Shown here piece after piece: positions 1 to 10,823 of a DNA stretch of 64,000 nt. A program made the position numbers and the translations under genes. Source of the DNA: Cytophagaceae bacterium UBA7467 (lineage in GTDB: Bacteria > Bacteroidota > Bacteroidia > Cytophagales > Spirosomataceae); contig DLPD01000013.1 in assembly GCA_002479785.1 (NCBI GenBank), forward strand, positions 16,726-80,725, written 5' to 3'. How positions within the stretch are numbered: the first letter of the stretch is position 1; every line of letters starts with the position of its first letter. The notes under the pieces were generated by a model that saw only the letters and a list, made by a program, of their open reading frames with translations, had not been told where the DNA came from and did not search any database.

Positions 1-726
1 TGCGAATCTCCTTCGAATCCGGGTTTAGAGCTGATTGATTTGAAAGAATTAGCCGCTTTAAAAGAGGGGAAAGACTTGATTTTAGCCGTGGATAACTGTT
101 TTGCGACGCCTATCTTACAAACACCATTGGATTTAGGAGCAGATTTAGTGATTCATTCGGCTACGAAATACATTGATGGCCAAGGCCGTGTCTTAGGTGG
201 TGTGATCTGTGGTAAGAAGGTATATATCGACGAGATTCGCTTCTTTGCACGTCATACTGGCCCATCGATGTCACCATTTAATGCATGGGTATTGTCGAAG
301 AGTTTGGAATTGTTGGATTTAAGATTGCAGAAGCATTCTGAAAATGCGATGGCCTTAGCGGAAGCTTTAGAAGGACACAAAGCCTTGAATAATGTCAAAT
401 ACCCTTATTTGAAATCGCATCCGCAATATGAATTAGCGAAACGACAAATGAAATACGGAGGCGGAATTTTAACCCTCGATATAAAAGGTGGCTTTGAAAA
501 AGTAGTGGCTTTTAGTAAGTTATTGAAAATTGCGTCAATTTCGCCTAATTTAGGTGATTCTCGTACGATTATTACCCATCCTGCTTCTACTACCCATTCG
601 AAATTACCAGCGGAAGAAAAAGCTGCCTTAGGTATTACAGATGGATTAGTCCGCGTTGCTGTGGGTTTAGAATCTATAGAGGATTTAAAGGCCGATTTCT
701 TACAAGCCCTTAATCAAATTAACTAA
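1..726 (+). CDS. metZ: PLP-dependent trans-sulfuration enzyme, O-succinylhomoserine sulfhydrylase-like (5'-truncated by window edge)
   Basis: Frame open from base 1 (CESPSNPG); motifs VDNCFATP, HSATKYIDGQGRVLGG (PLP lysine), LGDSRTIITHPASTTH, GLVRVAVGLE. Confidence 0.8.
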   Translation, partial: CESPSNPGLELIDLKELAALKEGKDLILAVDNCFATPILQTPLDLGADLVIHSATKYIDGQGRVLGGVICGKKVYIDEIRFFARHTGPSMSPFNAWVLSKSLELLDLRLQKHSENAMALAEALEGHKALNNVKYPYLKSHPQYELAKRQMKYGGGILTLDIKGGFEKVVAFSKLLKIASISPNLGDSRTIITHPASTTHSKLPAEEKAALGITDGLVRVAVGLESIEDLKADFLQALNQIN

Positions 727-1814
727 TGTGGATCGCGCTGATCGTTTGTTTGCTTTTGTTGACCGTAAATGTCGTGATTGGCGTTTACGTGGAGCGAAAG
801 CTATCTGCTTTTATGCAGGATCGATTAGGGCCTATGGAGGTAGGTAAATGGGGTTTACTCCAGGTTTTTGCGGATTTATTGAAGTTATTTCAAAAGGAAG
901 ATATTGTCCCTGAAAACGCTCAAAAGCGATTATTTCTATTTGCCCCTTGGATTATATTTTTGTCCGTTTTTGGGGCATTTGCGGTCATCCCATTGAGTTC
1001 TGGCACTTTCTTGCAAGGCAGTCAAACTGAAATGGGATTGATGCTCTTGATGGGGATCGTTTCGTTAGATAGTTTAGGCATATTATTGGCAGGATGGACT
1101 TCGAATAACAAGTATTCCTTGTTAGGGGCTATTCGTTCTGCAGCTCAATTGGTTTCATACGAGATACCTCTTGGACTAACACTTTTGTGCGTTGTACTCA
1201 TTTCAGGATCATTGAATTTACAAGAAATATCGGTGCAGCAGGGTATTTTCGCCGCGGAACCGCAATACCTGTTCGGTTTAAAAAGAATAGACATTGAGGT
1301 AACGCAGGTTGGTGGTTTTTTAAGCTGGAATGTGGTTCGGATGCCTTTGTTTTTCTTTCTGTTTATCATTTATTTCATTGCCTCTTTAGCAGAGGCGAAT
1401 CGAGCTCCATTCGATATTCCTGAAGCAGAATCGGAATTAGTTGGTGGGTTTCATACGGAATATGCCGGTATGCGCTGGGCGCTATTATTCTTATCGGAAT
1501 ACGGTATGATGCTTCTGGTGAGCATATTAGGGGTAATTTTGTTTTGGGGTTCTTGGTATTCTCCTTTTCCTAATATAGGATCGGTTCGATTAGCTGACTG
1601 GACAAATGGCGAGCCAGGTACGATGTATGCTGCCCTGATTGGTTTTGTTTGGCTCATGTTAAAAGCCTATATACTCATTGCTATCCAAATGTGGGTTAGG
1701 TGGACGCTACCGCGTCTTAGGGTAGATCAATTGATGTATTTGTGCTGGAAAGTGCTGACCCCCTTTGCCCTGATTTTCGTCGCAATATCCGCACTTTGGT
1801 CGCTTTTCATGTAA
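726..1814 (+). CDS. nuoH: NADH-quinone oxidoreductase subunit H
   Basis: YVERKLSAFMQDRLGP, DLLKLFQKEDI, RSAAQLVSYE, AEANRAPFDIPEAESELVGGFHTEY, RWTLPRLRVDQLM; multiple TM helices. Confidence 0.95.
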   Translation: MWIALIVCLLLLTVNVVIGVYVERKLSAFMQDRLGPMEVGKWGLLQVFADLLKLFQKEDIVPENAQKRLFLFAPWIIFLSVFGAFAVIPLSSGTFLQGSQTEMGLMLLMGIVSLDSLGILLAGWTSNNKYSLLGAIRSAAQLVSYEIPLGLTLLCVVLISGSLNLQEISVQQGIFAAEPQYLFGLKRIDIEVTQVGGFLSWNVVRMPLFFFLFIIYFIASLAEANRAPFDIPEAESELVGGFHTEYAGMRWALLFLSEYGMMLLVSILGVILFWGSWYSPFPNIGSVRLADWTNGEPGTMYAALIGFVWLMLKAYILIAIQMWVRWTLPRLRVDQLMYLCWKVLTPFALIFVAISALWSLFM

Positions 1815-1870
1815 GGAATCTCCTTTCTTTTTTGTTTATTTACGGCGTTGCTTCTGTTAACCTATATTCT

Positions 1871-4276
1871 ATGATCAAACTCTTACCCAGAGTCTTTTGC
1901 CTAGGGCTTCTATTTGCCCTTTCGCATCAAAGCATTGCACAAACTACCTCGCTTCCGGCCATTTTCGGTAAAGTAATCGATGCCTCTACAGGCGAGCCAT
2001 TAAAAGGCGCTGATATTTCAGTAGATTTTAAAAAGTCAGGTGTAAGCACAGATACCACTGGAAGCTTTCGGGTATATGTTCCCTATGGCGAATGGGTAAT
2101 CAAAGTCAGTTATGTAGGATATAATCCGTACCGAACAAAAATTTACGTAAAAGCGAATACGGAATTAAATGTGGAATTAAACAACGTAACGAAGCAATTA
2201 GAAGAAGTAATTGTTTCGAGTGCGGCGACGAAGCGTGATATTCAGACACCTTCTTTGGGTGTTACTGTGCTTAGTTTAAAAGGAATTAAGAAACTACCTA
2301 CGATGATGGGAGAGGTGGATGTGATTCGCAGTTTGCAATCATTGCCTGGCGTTTCCTCTGTGGGTGAAGGTGCAAATGGATTGAATATTAGGGGTTCGAA
2401 TGTGGACCAAAACCTCATCTATATCGATGATACCCCCATTTTTAACCCGACACACATGTTTGGTTTGTTCTCAGTCTTTGCTTCCGATGCGATTCGTGAT
2501 TTAGAATTGTACAAAGGGGGTGTTCCCTCTCGTTTTGGTGGTCGTACCGCTTCGGTTTTGGACATTAAAATGATCGAACCGAATACGGATAAGTTTAAAA
2601 TGCAAGGTGGTATTGGTTTGGTCTCTAACCGAGTAATGGCTGAAATTCCGATTATAAAGGAAAAATTAGCTGTTTTAGTGGCGGGACGTCTTTCTGTGAA
2701 TGATTTTATGTTCAAATGGTTTGCACCTGATTATTTAAAAAACCTACGTGCGAATTTTTCTGATGTAGCTACGAAGATTTATTACCGGCCTAATACGAAA
2801 AATACGATTTCGCTTTCGACCTATTTAAGTCATGATTATTACCGCGTAGATTCCCTATTTTCAATTGAGAACGTAGTCGCGAAGCAAACTTCCTTTAATT
2901 ATGGCCATAAAAATGTGGCTATACATTGGAATCACTATTTCTCACCGAAGTTAAACATGATGGTGAGTGGATCCCTTACGGATTACTCAACGAAAACTTT
3001 TGCTCCAGATACGGTGAATACAATTGATTTAAATTCATCGATCTTATACCGCAATTTGACGGCTAGTTTTGATTACCAACCGCGCGATAACCATAAAATG
3101 AATTTTGGTATCACAGGAACACGTTACGACATCGATCCCGGTAATTTGAATGAAGGAGTTGTTTCCAGAGTTGCGACGGTTAAATTGCCCTTAGAGCAGT
3201 CCTATGAATTAGGTCTATTTGCCGATGATGAGTGGACTATTAGTCCCAAATTTACACTTCAAGCAGGTCTTCGTTATTCACAATATTACCGAATGGGAGC
3301 AGGAACGATTAATGAATATGTGCCTGGTCAGGTTCCTTCCTTAAGTTCGATTGTCAAGAAAACATCCTATTCAGATGGAGAAATTATGGCTTCTTACGGA
3401 GGATTGGAACCTCGTTTAACGATGAAATATTCGTTAGCAGAGAATACTACGATGAAATTTGGTTATAACCGCCAACAGCAATTCTTCCAATTATTATCGA
3501 ATAATACGACACCTTTACCGACTTCACGTTGGAAGACGGCTGATACATTTATTAAACCACAACAGAGTGATTTTCTGTCTTTAGGTTTATTTAAAACCTT
3601 CAATGAAAATGTCTATGAAGCTTCCATTGAAACCTATTATCGTGACGTGAGAAATACCTTGGATTTTGTTTCAGGAGCTAATTTGCAATTAAATCCGAAT
3701 ATTGAGACCCAATTAATTACAGGTAAAAGCAAAGCTTATGGGATGGAGTTGATGATGCAGAAGAAAAAAGGAGAAGTGTCTGGTTGGGTATCTTATACCT
3801 ATGCTAGAGCCTTTAATCAAATGATAGGCGATTACCCTGAAGTGCAAGCTATCAATGGTGGAGACTGGTTTGCCACGAATTATGACAAGCCGCATACCTT
3901 TAACATGATGTTGAATATTCAACCCACTACACACCATAGCTTCTCCTTTACATTTGCCTATAATACGGGTCGTCCTTTCTCTTCTCCTTCTGGATCCTAT
4001 GAGATTGGAGGTAAAAAATTCCCCGTTTTTGCTGCACGTAATAATGACCGGGTAAGAGATTACCATCGATTAGATTTCTCTTGGACTATTAATAATCCCT
4101 CTATGAGAAAACAACGTTGGGAAGGAAGCTGGGTATTTACGATCTATAATTTATATGGTCGTCAAAACCCCTATTCAGTCTTCTTTAAATCCACTAAGAA
4201 TGGGTTGAGAGCGTACGAATTAAGTGTGTTTGCTGCTCCGTTTATCTCGTTAACCTATAATTTCAAATTCTTGTAA
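1871..4276 (+). CDS. TonB-dependent receptor with N-terminal carboxypeptidase-regulatory-like domain
   Basis: Signal peptide from ATG 1871; GKVIDASTGEPLKGA; plug motifs LPGV...IRGSNVDQNLIYIDD, YKGGVPSRFGGRTASVLDI; C-terminal YNFKFL. Confidence 0.9.
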   Translation: MIKLLPRVFCLGLLFALSHQSIAQTTSLPAIFGKVIDASTGEPLKGADISVDFKKSGVSTDTTGSFRVYVPYGEWVIKVSYVGYNPYRTKIYVKANTELNVELNNVTKQLEEVIVSSAATKRDIQTPSLGVTVLSLKGIKKLPTMMGEVDVIRSLQSLPGVSSVGEGANGLNIRGSNVDQNLIYIDDTPIFNPTHMFGLFSVFASDAIRDLELYKGGVPSRFGGRTASVLDIKMIEPNTDKFKMQGGIGLVSNRVMAEIPIIKEKLAVLVAGRLSVNDFMFKWFAPDYLKNLRANFSDVATKIYYRPNTKNTISLSTYLSHDYYRVDSLFSIENVVAKQTSFNYGHKNVAIHWNHYFSPKLNMMVSGSLTDYSTKTFAPDTVNTIDLNSSILYRNLTASFDYQPRDNHKMNFGITGTRYDIDPGNLNEGVVSRVATVKLPLEQSYELGLFADDEWTISPKFTLQAGLRYSQYYRMGAGTINEYVPGQVPSLSSIVKKTSYSDGEIMASYGGLEPRLTMKYSLAENTTMKFGYNRQQQFFQLLSNNTTPLPTSRWKTADTFIKPQQSDFLSLGLFKTFNENVYEASIETYYRDVRNTLDFVSGANLQLNPNIETQLITGKSKAYGMELMMQKKKGEVSGWVSYTYARAFNQMIGDYPEVQAINGGDWFATNYDKPHTFNMMLNIQPTTHHSFSFTFAYNTGRPFSSPSGSYEIGGKKFPVFAARNNDRVRDYHRLDFSWTINNPSMRKQRWEGSWVFTIYNLYGRQNPYSVFFKSTKNGLRAYELSVFAAPFISLTYNFKFL

Positions 4277-4277
4277 T

Positions 4278-5426
4278 ATGTCTTTATCTACTAAAAATAT
4301 ACTTTTCTATTTGTTACTACTTGGTGTTGTGACTTGGGCTTGCGTGAATCCCATTAAGGATTTTGTGCAAATTGATGCTACCTCATTTACCACCATCGAA
4401 GCAGATATTTCAGATGATCCGGAATTAAGTAAAGTGCGTTTAACAAGTTCTTCTAATCGTTTGCAATCCCAGTTAGCACTCCCTATTTCGAAAGCAATAG
4501 TGACTGTTATTGATCAAAATGGTACTCAAACCGTATTTACAGAAGGAACCCCTTTGGGTACTTATTATCCACCTAAAGGATTTTTAGGTAAGGTAGGTTC
4601 TACCTACAAGTTAAATGTGAAGATGTTGACCGGTCAAATCTATGAAAGTTCGGCTGAGACAATGAAAGCGGTTCCAGAAATCGAAAATGCAATTACCCGT
4701 TTTGAGACTTTTGATCAATACGATAAAGTGGATGTGCGTAGGGCCGGATTTACAGTATACTTAGATTTCAAAGACTTGCCTACTGAGGGTGATTATTACC
4801 TTTGGAACTGGAAACATTATGAGAAGATTGGTCTTTGTGCTACTTGTACAGATGGAGGAAAATATGATTTTAAAAAGTTGGATTGTGTACAACCTAAATT
4901 TCCTACAGATGCCATTTTGAATTATATGTGCGATGGAAATTGTTGGGACATAACAACGAACAATGACCTGAACGTGTTCTCAGATGTATTAACGAATGGA
5001 CAACGTGTGGTGGGACGCCAAGTAGCCCGTATTCCTTTCGATAATTGGACACCTTATTATTTCCGATTGGAACAACGTTCGATTACGAAAAATGCCTTTG
5101 CATTTTATCAATCTTTGATATCTCAAGTTCAGTCTTCTGGTTCGCTTTTTGATGTCCCTGCGGAAACCAGATTTAGTCTAAATATTAAGTCCTTAACTAA
5201 GCCTACAGAGCGAGTTCTAGGAATCTTTAATGTATTTGCTGTTCGCAAGAAGATATTTATTATTGATCGTAGAAAAGATATTCCTGCAGGTGAATTACCA
5301 ATTATTTCAATTATTCCCGGAGAGACTTATGCTTGTCCTCCAGGTTCTGTAGGTTGCCAAGATAAAGTACCTTGTATTGAATCACCCACCCGAACAAAAA
5401 TTACACCCGAAGGTTGGGTATTCTAG
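4278..5426 (+). CDS. DUF4249-family Cys-rich lipoprotein (TBDR partner)
   Basis: Lipobox-like TWAC; GKVGSTYKLNVK...YES, DLPTEGDYYLW, GSLFDVP, VLGIF motifs; directly follows the TBDR. Confidence 0.75.
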   Translation: MSLSTKNILFYLLLLGVVTWACVNPIKDFVQIDATSFTTIEADISDDPELSKVRLTSSSNRLQSQLALPISKAIVTVIDQNGTQTVFTEGTPLGTYYPPKGFLGKVGSTYKLNVKMLTGQIYESSAETMKAVPEIENAITRFETFDQYDKVDVRRAGFTVYLDFKDLPTEGDYYLWNWKHYEKIGLCATCTDGGKYDFKKLDCVQPKFPTDAILNYMCDGNCWDITTNNDLNVFSDVLTNGQRVVGRQVARIPFDNWTPYYFRLEQRSITKNAFAFYQSLISQVQSSGSLFDVPAETRFSLNIKSLTKPTERVLGIFNVFAVRKKIFIIDRRKDIPAGELPIISIIPGETYACPPGSVGCQDKVPCIESPTRTKITPEGWVF

Positions 5427-5461
5427 TTTTTTAGGCACAAATTTGTGCTTTAATTAGAACT

Positions 5462-6472
5462 ATGATCGGTGTTTTATTAGTGAACCTGGGAACTCCAGAT
5501 GATCCAGGTACCTCCAGTGTACGCAAGTATTTACGGGAGTTTTTGATGGATGGTCGTGTCATTGACATTCCTTATCCTTTCCGTTACCTCTTGGTGAATG
5601 GAATCATTGCTCCATTTAGAGCACCTAAATCAGCGAAAATCTACCAAGAGTTATGGGAAGAGCGTGGTTCTCCGTTGAAGTTTTATGGTGAAGATGTTTG
5701 TGCTTCTTTAGCCACTAACTTAGGAGAAGGTTATATGGTTCGACTGGCGATGCGTTACCAAAGTCCGGATTTGAAGACCGTTTTGGCCGAAATGCAGTCG
5801 GCAAATTTGAAGAAATTAATCGTCATTCCCTTCTTCCCACAATATGCTTCAGCAACGACAGGTTCGGTGTATGAGCGTGTGATGGAAATACTAGCTGATT
5901 GGCAAATTATACCGTCTCTGTCGATCGTGAGCTATTTTTACCAGCATCCGATTTTTGCCAAATACTTCGCTGATAAAGCCGCGAACTACCAAAAAGACGT
6001 TGATTTCGATTACTATTTATTCTCTTATCATGGCGTTCCTGAACGCCATATCCGTAAAGGAGATATCACCAAGAATACCTGCGTTTTTGGAACTTGTTGT
6101 GATACCATTACTGAAAAGAATCATAATTGCTACCGGGCACAATGCCATGAAACAACACGCTTGATTGCGAAGGAGATGGGATTAAAACCGGGAACATTTG
6201 GTACCGCATTCCAAAGCCGTCTGGGTCGTGACCCTTGGTTACAACCTTACACGGATGAAACCATCAAGAAGTTAGTTAAAGAGGGTAAGAAGAAGATTTT
6301 AGCCTTCTCACCCGCGTTCGTTGCGGATTGTTTAGAAACCACGATTGAGGTAGGCGAGGAGTATAAAGAATTATTTGAGGAAGCAGGTGGTGAGCATTGG
6401 CAGTTAGTAGAAAGCTTAAATAATTCGCCGGAGTATGTGGCACTTTTAGAAGACCTTGTAAAGAATTCATAA
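5462..6472 (+). CDS. hemH: Ferrochelatase
   Basis: GVLLVNLGTP, MRYQSP, PFFPQYASATTGS, FSYHGVP, FQSRLG, WLQPYTD, FVADCLET. Confidence 0.95.
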   Translation: MIGVLLVNLGTPDDPGTSSVRKYLREFLMDGRVIDIPYPFRYLLVNGIIAPFRAPKSAKIYQELWEERGSPLKFYGEDVCASLATNLGEGYMVRLAMRYQSPDLKTVLAEMQSANLKKLIVIPFFPQYASATTGSVYERVMEILADWQIIPSLSIVSYFYQHPIFAKYFADKAANYQKDVDFDYYLFSYHGVPERHIRKGDITKNTCVFGTCCDTITEKNHNCYRAQCHETTRLIAKEMGLKPGTFGTAFQSRLGRDPWLQPYTDETIKKLVKEGKKKILAFSPAFVADCLETTIEVGEEYKELFEEAGGEHWQLVESLNNSPEYVALLEDLVKNS

Positions 6473-6473
6473 G

Positions 6474-7337
6474 ATGTTAGCTCTCGTTTTAACCATTGTA
6501 TTCTCCGTATTGTTGTTGGTGAATTTTCGGGCTCATGCAAAATTCAATATTGATACGCGAATTGCCATTCTATTAAACTACCCCGTTTGTTTCCTGACGG
6601 GGTATTTCCACCAAATGGATGCCATACCTTTTCATTGGCCTTCATCAGGTTATTCTTTGGGGATCTTAGGTATTGGAGTTGGATTTGTGATTACCTTCTT
6701 ATTGTCAGGCTATTCGACTGTAAAAAATGGCATGGCACCTACCTCTTTAGCAAATAATATCTCGCTTGTGATTCCGGTGATGGTGAATCTATTCATTTGG
6801 AAGACCGGAGGGGATTTGACTTTATCTGTGATTGCAGGACTCATTTTGTCCTTCGCGGCCATCTATTTCTGCAGTCCATCTGGTGCAGGTTCTGTCCAAA
6901 AACCAGTTATTTGGGCGTTGGTTGCCGTTTTTTTAGCCTATGGAATCACGAATACAGCCTTTAATTATTTGAATGCTGCGATCGTTCAGCAAGTAGGCGG
7001 CAGTATTTCCTTTACCTTGATGCTTTTACTCGGCTCGATGGCAACTTCCGCTATTGTGTTGGTCTATTGGACCATCACCGGAGGAGTGACTTGGTCTTTA
7101 CGTTCAGTTTTAGCCGCTATTCCTCTGGGTCTCCCTAACTTCTTTTCTTTCTACTTTTTGCTTAAAGCCTTAGATGCTTACCAACAAAATGGAGCAGTGG
7201 TTTTGACTATCTACAACCTAGGGGTGATTCTTTTAAGTGCCGTGACAGCCTTGATTTTCTTTAAAGAAAAGTTGACGATGAAACAGTGGGTGGGGATTGG
7301 ATTAGGGTGTGCTGGTATTGCGTTGATTATACTTTAA
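6474..7337 (+). CDS. DMT/EamA-type membrane transporter
   Basis: About 10 hydrophobic segments; C-terminal FFKEKLT...GIG typical of DMT. Confidence 0.7.
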   Translation: MLALVLTIVFSVLLLVNFRAHAKFNIDTRIAILLNYPVCFLTGYFHQMDAIPFHWPSSGYSLGILGIGVGFVITFLLSGYSTVKNGMAPTSLANNISLVIPVMVNLFIWKTGGDLTLSVIAGLILSFAAIYFCSPSGAGSVQKPVIWALVAVFLAYGITNTAFNYLNAAIVQQVGGSISFTLMLLLGSMATSAIVLVYWTITGGVTWSLRSVLAAIPLGLPNFFSFYFLLKALDAYQQNGAVVLTIYNLGVILLSAVTALIFFKEKLTMKQWVGIGLGCAGIALIIL

Positions 7338-7496
7338 AGAATAAAGCACAAAGAATAATGTAGGAGGTTGCTTCGCAACCGTAAAAGAAACATTTCATAT
7401 ACGTATCAAAAAAGGGAGCGAAGCTCCCTTTTTTATGCCAAATTTTTTCTTTGTGCTTTATGCTCTATGCTTTATTTATAAAATTGCTTCGCAATT
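7336..7496. repeat. Composite intergenic element: 15-bp inverted repeat, heptamer repeats and three mini-hairpins
   Basis: ataaagcacaaagaa (7341-7355) is the perfect reverse complement of 7447-7461; gctttat/gctctat heptamers; hairpins with GCTTCGC/GCGAAGC cores at 7366-7380, 7408-7434 and 7482-7496. Confidence 0.7.
7408..7434. terminator. Bidirectional intrinsic terminator
   Basis: aaaaaagggagc-gaa-gctccctttttt between convergent genes. Confidence 0.85.
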
Positions 7497-8385
7497 ATAA
7501 AACATTCGCCGTCTGCTCCTTAATCTTCTCCAGCTCATCTTTCATATTTACGACTAATCGCTGAATCGCTGAATCATTTGCTTTCGAGCCAATGGTGTTG
7601 ATTTCACGTCCAATTTCTTGGGCCATAAAGTTGAGTTTCTTTCCATTTCCTTCTTCTAGAATTTCGATAAAGTAATCTAGGTGAGTCGCTAAACGTACTT
7701 TTTCTTCGGAAATATCAAACTTCTCGATGTAGTAAACTACTTCTTGTTCGAAGCGATTTTTGTCGAAATCTTCTTTTAAACCTAGTTCTAACAGAGCGTT
7801 ACGCATCCGTTCACGTATACCCGGCATACGGACTTTGTCTTGCTCTATAACTTGTGCCAGACCTGATTTGATAGAGGTAATGTATTCACGGAATTTGTCT
7901 TCGACTACCTTTCCTTCACGGGCGCGAAATTCTTTACATTCTTTTATGGCTTCTTGAACGGCTTCAAAAACGACCTTCCAAAGTGCTTCGATTTCTTCCT
8001 CCTCGTCTTGTGTTTGATCAGCTGAATTCAAGCTAGGCATTGACATGGCTTGCAAATACAAAGCGTTTTCGTCCATGTTTTTGATGCCTAATTCAGATGC
8101 TAATCGTTTTAATTCCGTGAAATAGGTTACTATTTGGGCTTGTGGCAAAATACTTCGTTCTACATTCTCATTGTTCTTTTGAAGATGCAGATTCAGTTCT
8201 ATTTTGCCACGCTCTAATTGCTGGGTAAGGTAATTGCGGATATCAATTTCTTTGGCTGATAGCGATTTAGGAAGACGGCAAAATAGATCCGTAAACTTCG
8301 AGTTAAGACTTTTAACTTCGACACGGATTTGCAGGTCTTGGAGTTCTTTTTGGGATTTTCCAAAGCCCGTCATAGAGTAGATCAT
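7495..8385 (-). CDS. YicC/YloC family endoribonuclease
   Basis: [58 protein letters not shown]. Confidence 0.9.
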   Translation of the reverse strand: MIYSMTGFGKSQKELQDLQIRVEVKSLNSKFTDLFCRLPKSLSAKEIDIRNYLTQQLERGKIELNLHLQKNNENVERSILPQAQIVTYFTELKRLASELGIKNMDENALYLQAMSMPSLNSADQTQDEEEEIEALWKVVFEAVQEAIKECKEFRAREGKVVEDKFREYITSIKSGLAQVIEQDKVRMPGIRERMRNALLELGLKEDFDKNRFEQEVVYYIEKFDISEEKVRLATHLDYFIEILEEGNGKKLNFMAQEIGREINTIGSKANDSAIQRLVVNMKDELEKIKEQTANVL

Positions 8386-10820
8386 ATCGTTTCTTTTTTG
8401 GCCTTAGAGGCTTGGTAAAAAGCAAATGCAATAAATAAAAGCATCGCGATCGAAGCTCCTAAGTCAATTTTATTTCCTGTAATTACGGATACAGGTGCAA
8501 ATTTAAATTCAATCGTATGTTTTCCTGCCGGAATGGCTAAACCACGCAATATATAATCCGCTTGAACGTGATTTGTTTCTTTTCCATCAATATAAGCCTT
8601 CCAGTCTTTGTTTCCGCGGTAATAGATTTCCGAGAACACCGCAAAGGCCGCCTGCTTAGAATCAGAAGTATAGGTTAAATGGTTGGGTTTGTAATCTGTC
8701 AGTTGAATAATGCCATCCGTTTTGTAGTCCTTAGCAGGGACGAATCCAGCGTCTTTTTGCTCTACCAAAGCCACGTTGCGTGGATCAATTTTGCCAATTC
8801 CATTCAAGGCGTCATCCGCTGTAGGGACGACATTTACTGTCGAAACAAACCAAGCATTGCCTAAGGCTCCTGGATTCGTTTGTGGAGCTAATTGACCAGT
8901 TGAATCAGGGCTTAAAATGTATTTCGTATTCAGCATGTTCAGGATGTTCATTTGCCCTGGATTACCTGTGAATTGTTTCTCTATTAATTCTTGGTAACGA
9001 CGTAATTTAGCAGCGTGGTAACCGCCTAATGATTGGTGGTAATAAGATGTAGTCGCATCACTCATAAAGTTCGTCGCCACATTTACCACGCGGTAGTGTG
9101 ATGAATCCTGTAAGATTTTTTGATCTGCTGGAGTGGGTAAGATTTGTTCCTCTAAAGAGGCTTTAGAAACAAAGAAATCTTTTCCAAAATAGCGTTTCGC
9201 AACAGGGGTTAAATCAAAAATGCCAAGCAGCACTAAAGCAATTAGCCAGATTGATTTTTTTACTTTACCGGTACTGGCTAGACCTAAAATACCTGCCCCA
9301 ATTAAAACAATAAAGAAACTCCGGAAGGCGTCAGACTGAAACAATTCGATTCGGTCAAGCTGAATAGATCGCCAAATTTGGTTATTAAGCGCCGTGTCCT
9401 GAATTATAGCTCCTCCAAAGTTGGGTCCTTTAAAATCAAAGAATAAATCGGGTGCCATCCCAAAAAATAACGCAAGGCCACCACTTAATGCGGCCGCATA
9501 CAGTAAGGGTTTTTTAATTTCAGACCAGCTGGATTTTTGCTGAATGAATCGAATTAAGCCCAGAATTCCCAAGCTTACAAAACCTAATTGAACGAAGGAA
9601 AGGACCATCGTAATGGCTCTGAACTTGTTGAATAGGGGGAAGTATTGAAATAAAATTCCATTGAAGAAGAAATATTTACCCCAAGAGAAGGTGATGAATA
9701 AGGCTGTGAATCCAATGATCCACCACTTTTCGGCAGATTTGATGAAGAAGGCACCAAACAAAAATAAGAAGATGACCAAGGCTCCTGCATAAGCTGGGCC
9801 CGCCGTATAGCTTTGATCTCCCCAATAGGCCGGTCCTTTTTCCACAAATCCTAAGGCCTGTTCGTCAGGAATTCCCGCGTTTGACATCGTTTGGTAGGTG
9901 TTTGAGGACGTTCCTCCTAAATCTCCCGCGGAAGCTCCTCCCATGAAATTGGGAATTAATAAAGTACCCGTTTCGGCGATACCATAAGACCAATCGAAAG
10001 CGTAGGTTTGGTCTAAACCATCTCCACGTGATTTATTCGCGCTTAGTTCGGAGGCGCCGCGCGTCGTTTCTTTTGCATATTCGTAGTTATTCCAAAGACG
10101 CATGGAGTGCGTTCCCAGTGCTAATGCAAGCCCTAAACCTAGTAATAATCCGCGCTTCAACCACTCTACCACTGTTTTGTGAATAATGGCTTGTGATAAG
10201 GTGTAGATTTTGTAAAATCCTATGATGAAGAAAAGGTAATAGGTAATTTGAACGTGGTTAGCGTATAATTCTAATGCCATTCCTATGGTAAATAGAGCCG
10301 CGCCTAACCATTTGCGATTTCCCCAGCCTAATTTCACACCCGCTAAAACGATAGGAGCGTAAGCTAATGCAATCACTTTAGAAGTATGACCTGCCGGAAT
10401 AATGACCATGTTATAGGTCGCAAAGGCGTAGAAAACGGCCCCGGCGAACCCTAAAATAGGAGAGGCTCCCATCGTCCACAGCAAAATATACATTCCTAAC
10501 ATCATCAGGACAAGCAAATTGACTGGACTGGGAAGCAGATTGGTTATGAATGAACCGATTTTGGCAGAAATAGAATAGGGATATGACCCGGAAATTTGGT
10601 AGGTAGGCATCCCGCCAAACATCGAGTTTGTCCACCACGCATCCTCACCAGTTTTCTCCTTGTATTGTAAGCTCTCCTGTGCCGCCGCTTGGGCTTGCTG
10701 AATATCGTGTTGAATCAATACTTTACCTTGTAGAACCGGTCCACAATAGATAAAAGCGATCAATAGGAAACCCAATAGGACAATCCCGTGGGGGGCAAAG
10801 GAGCGCAAATTAATTTTCAT
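8382..10820 (-). CDS. YfhO-family polytopic membrane protein (putative GT-C glycosyltransferase)
   Basis: [51 protein letters not shown]. Confidence 0.85.
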   Translation of the reverse strand: MKINLRSFAPHGIVLLGFLLIAFIYCGPVLQGKVLIQHDIQQAQAAAQESLQYKEKTGEDAWWTNSMFGGMPTYQISGSYPYSISAKIGSFITNLLPSPVNLLVLMMLGMYILLWTMGASPILGFAGAVFYAFATYNMVIIPAGHTSKVIALAYAPIVLAGVKLGWGNRKWLGAALFTIGMALELYANHVQITYYLFFIIGFYKIYTLSQAIIHKTVVEWLKRGLLLGLGLALALGTHSMRLWNNYEYAKETTRGASELSANKSRGDGLDQTYAFDWSYGIAETGTLLIPNFMGGASAGDLGGTSSNTYQTMSNAGIPDEQALGFVEKGPAYWGDQSYTAGPAYAGALVIFLFLFGAFFIKSAEKWWIIGFTALFITFSWGKYFFFNGILFQYFPLFNKFRAITMVLSFVQLGFVSLGILGLIRFIQQKSSWSEIKKPLLYAAALSGGLALFFGMAPDLFFDFKGPNFGGAIIQDTALNNQIWRSIQLDRIELFQSDAFRSFFIVLIGAGILGLASTGKVKKSIWLIALVLLGIFDLTPVAKRYFGKDFFVSKASLEEQILPTPADQKILQDSSHYRVVNVATNFMSDATTSYYHQSLGGYHAAKLRRYQELIEKQFTGNPGQMNILNMLNTKYILSPDSTGQLAPQTNPGALGNAWFVSTVNVVPTADDALNGIGKIDPRNVALVEQKDAGFVPAKDYKTDGIIQLTDYKPNHLTYTSDSKQAAFAVFSEIYYRGNKDWKAYIDGKETNHVQADYILRGLAIPAGKHTIEFKFAPVSVITGNKIDLGASIAMLLFIAFAFYQASKAKKETI

Positions 10821-10823
10821 AGT

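Noticed and set aside
1742-1870. N-terminal extension of the TBDR ORF overlapping nuoH
   Set aside because: The signal peptide begins at ATG 1871; the extension is a longest-ORF artefact
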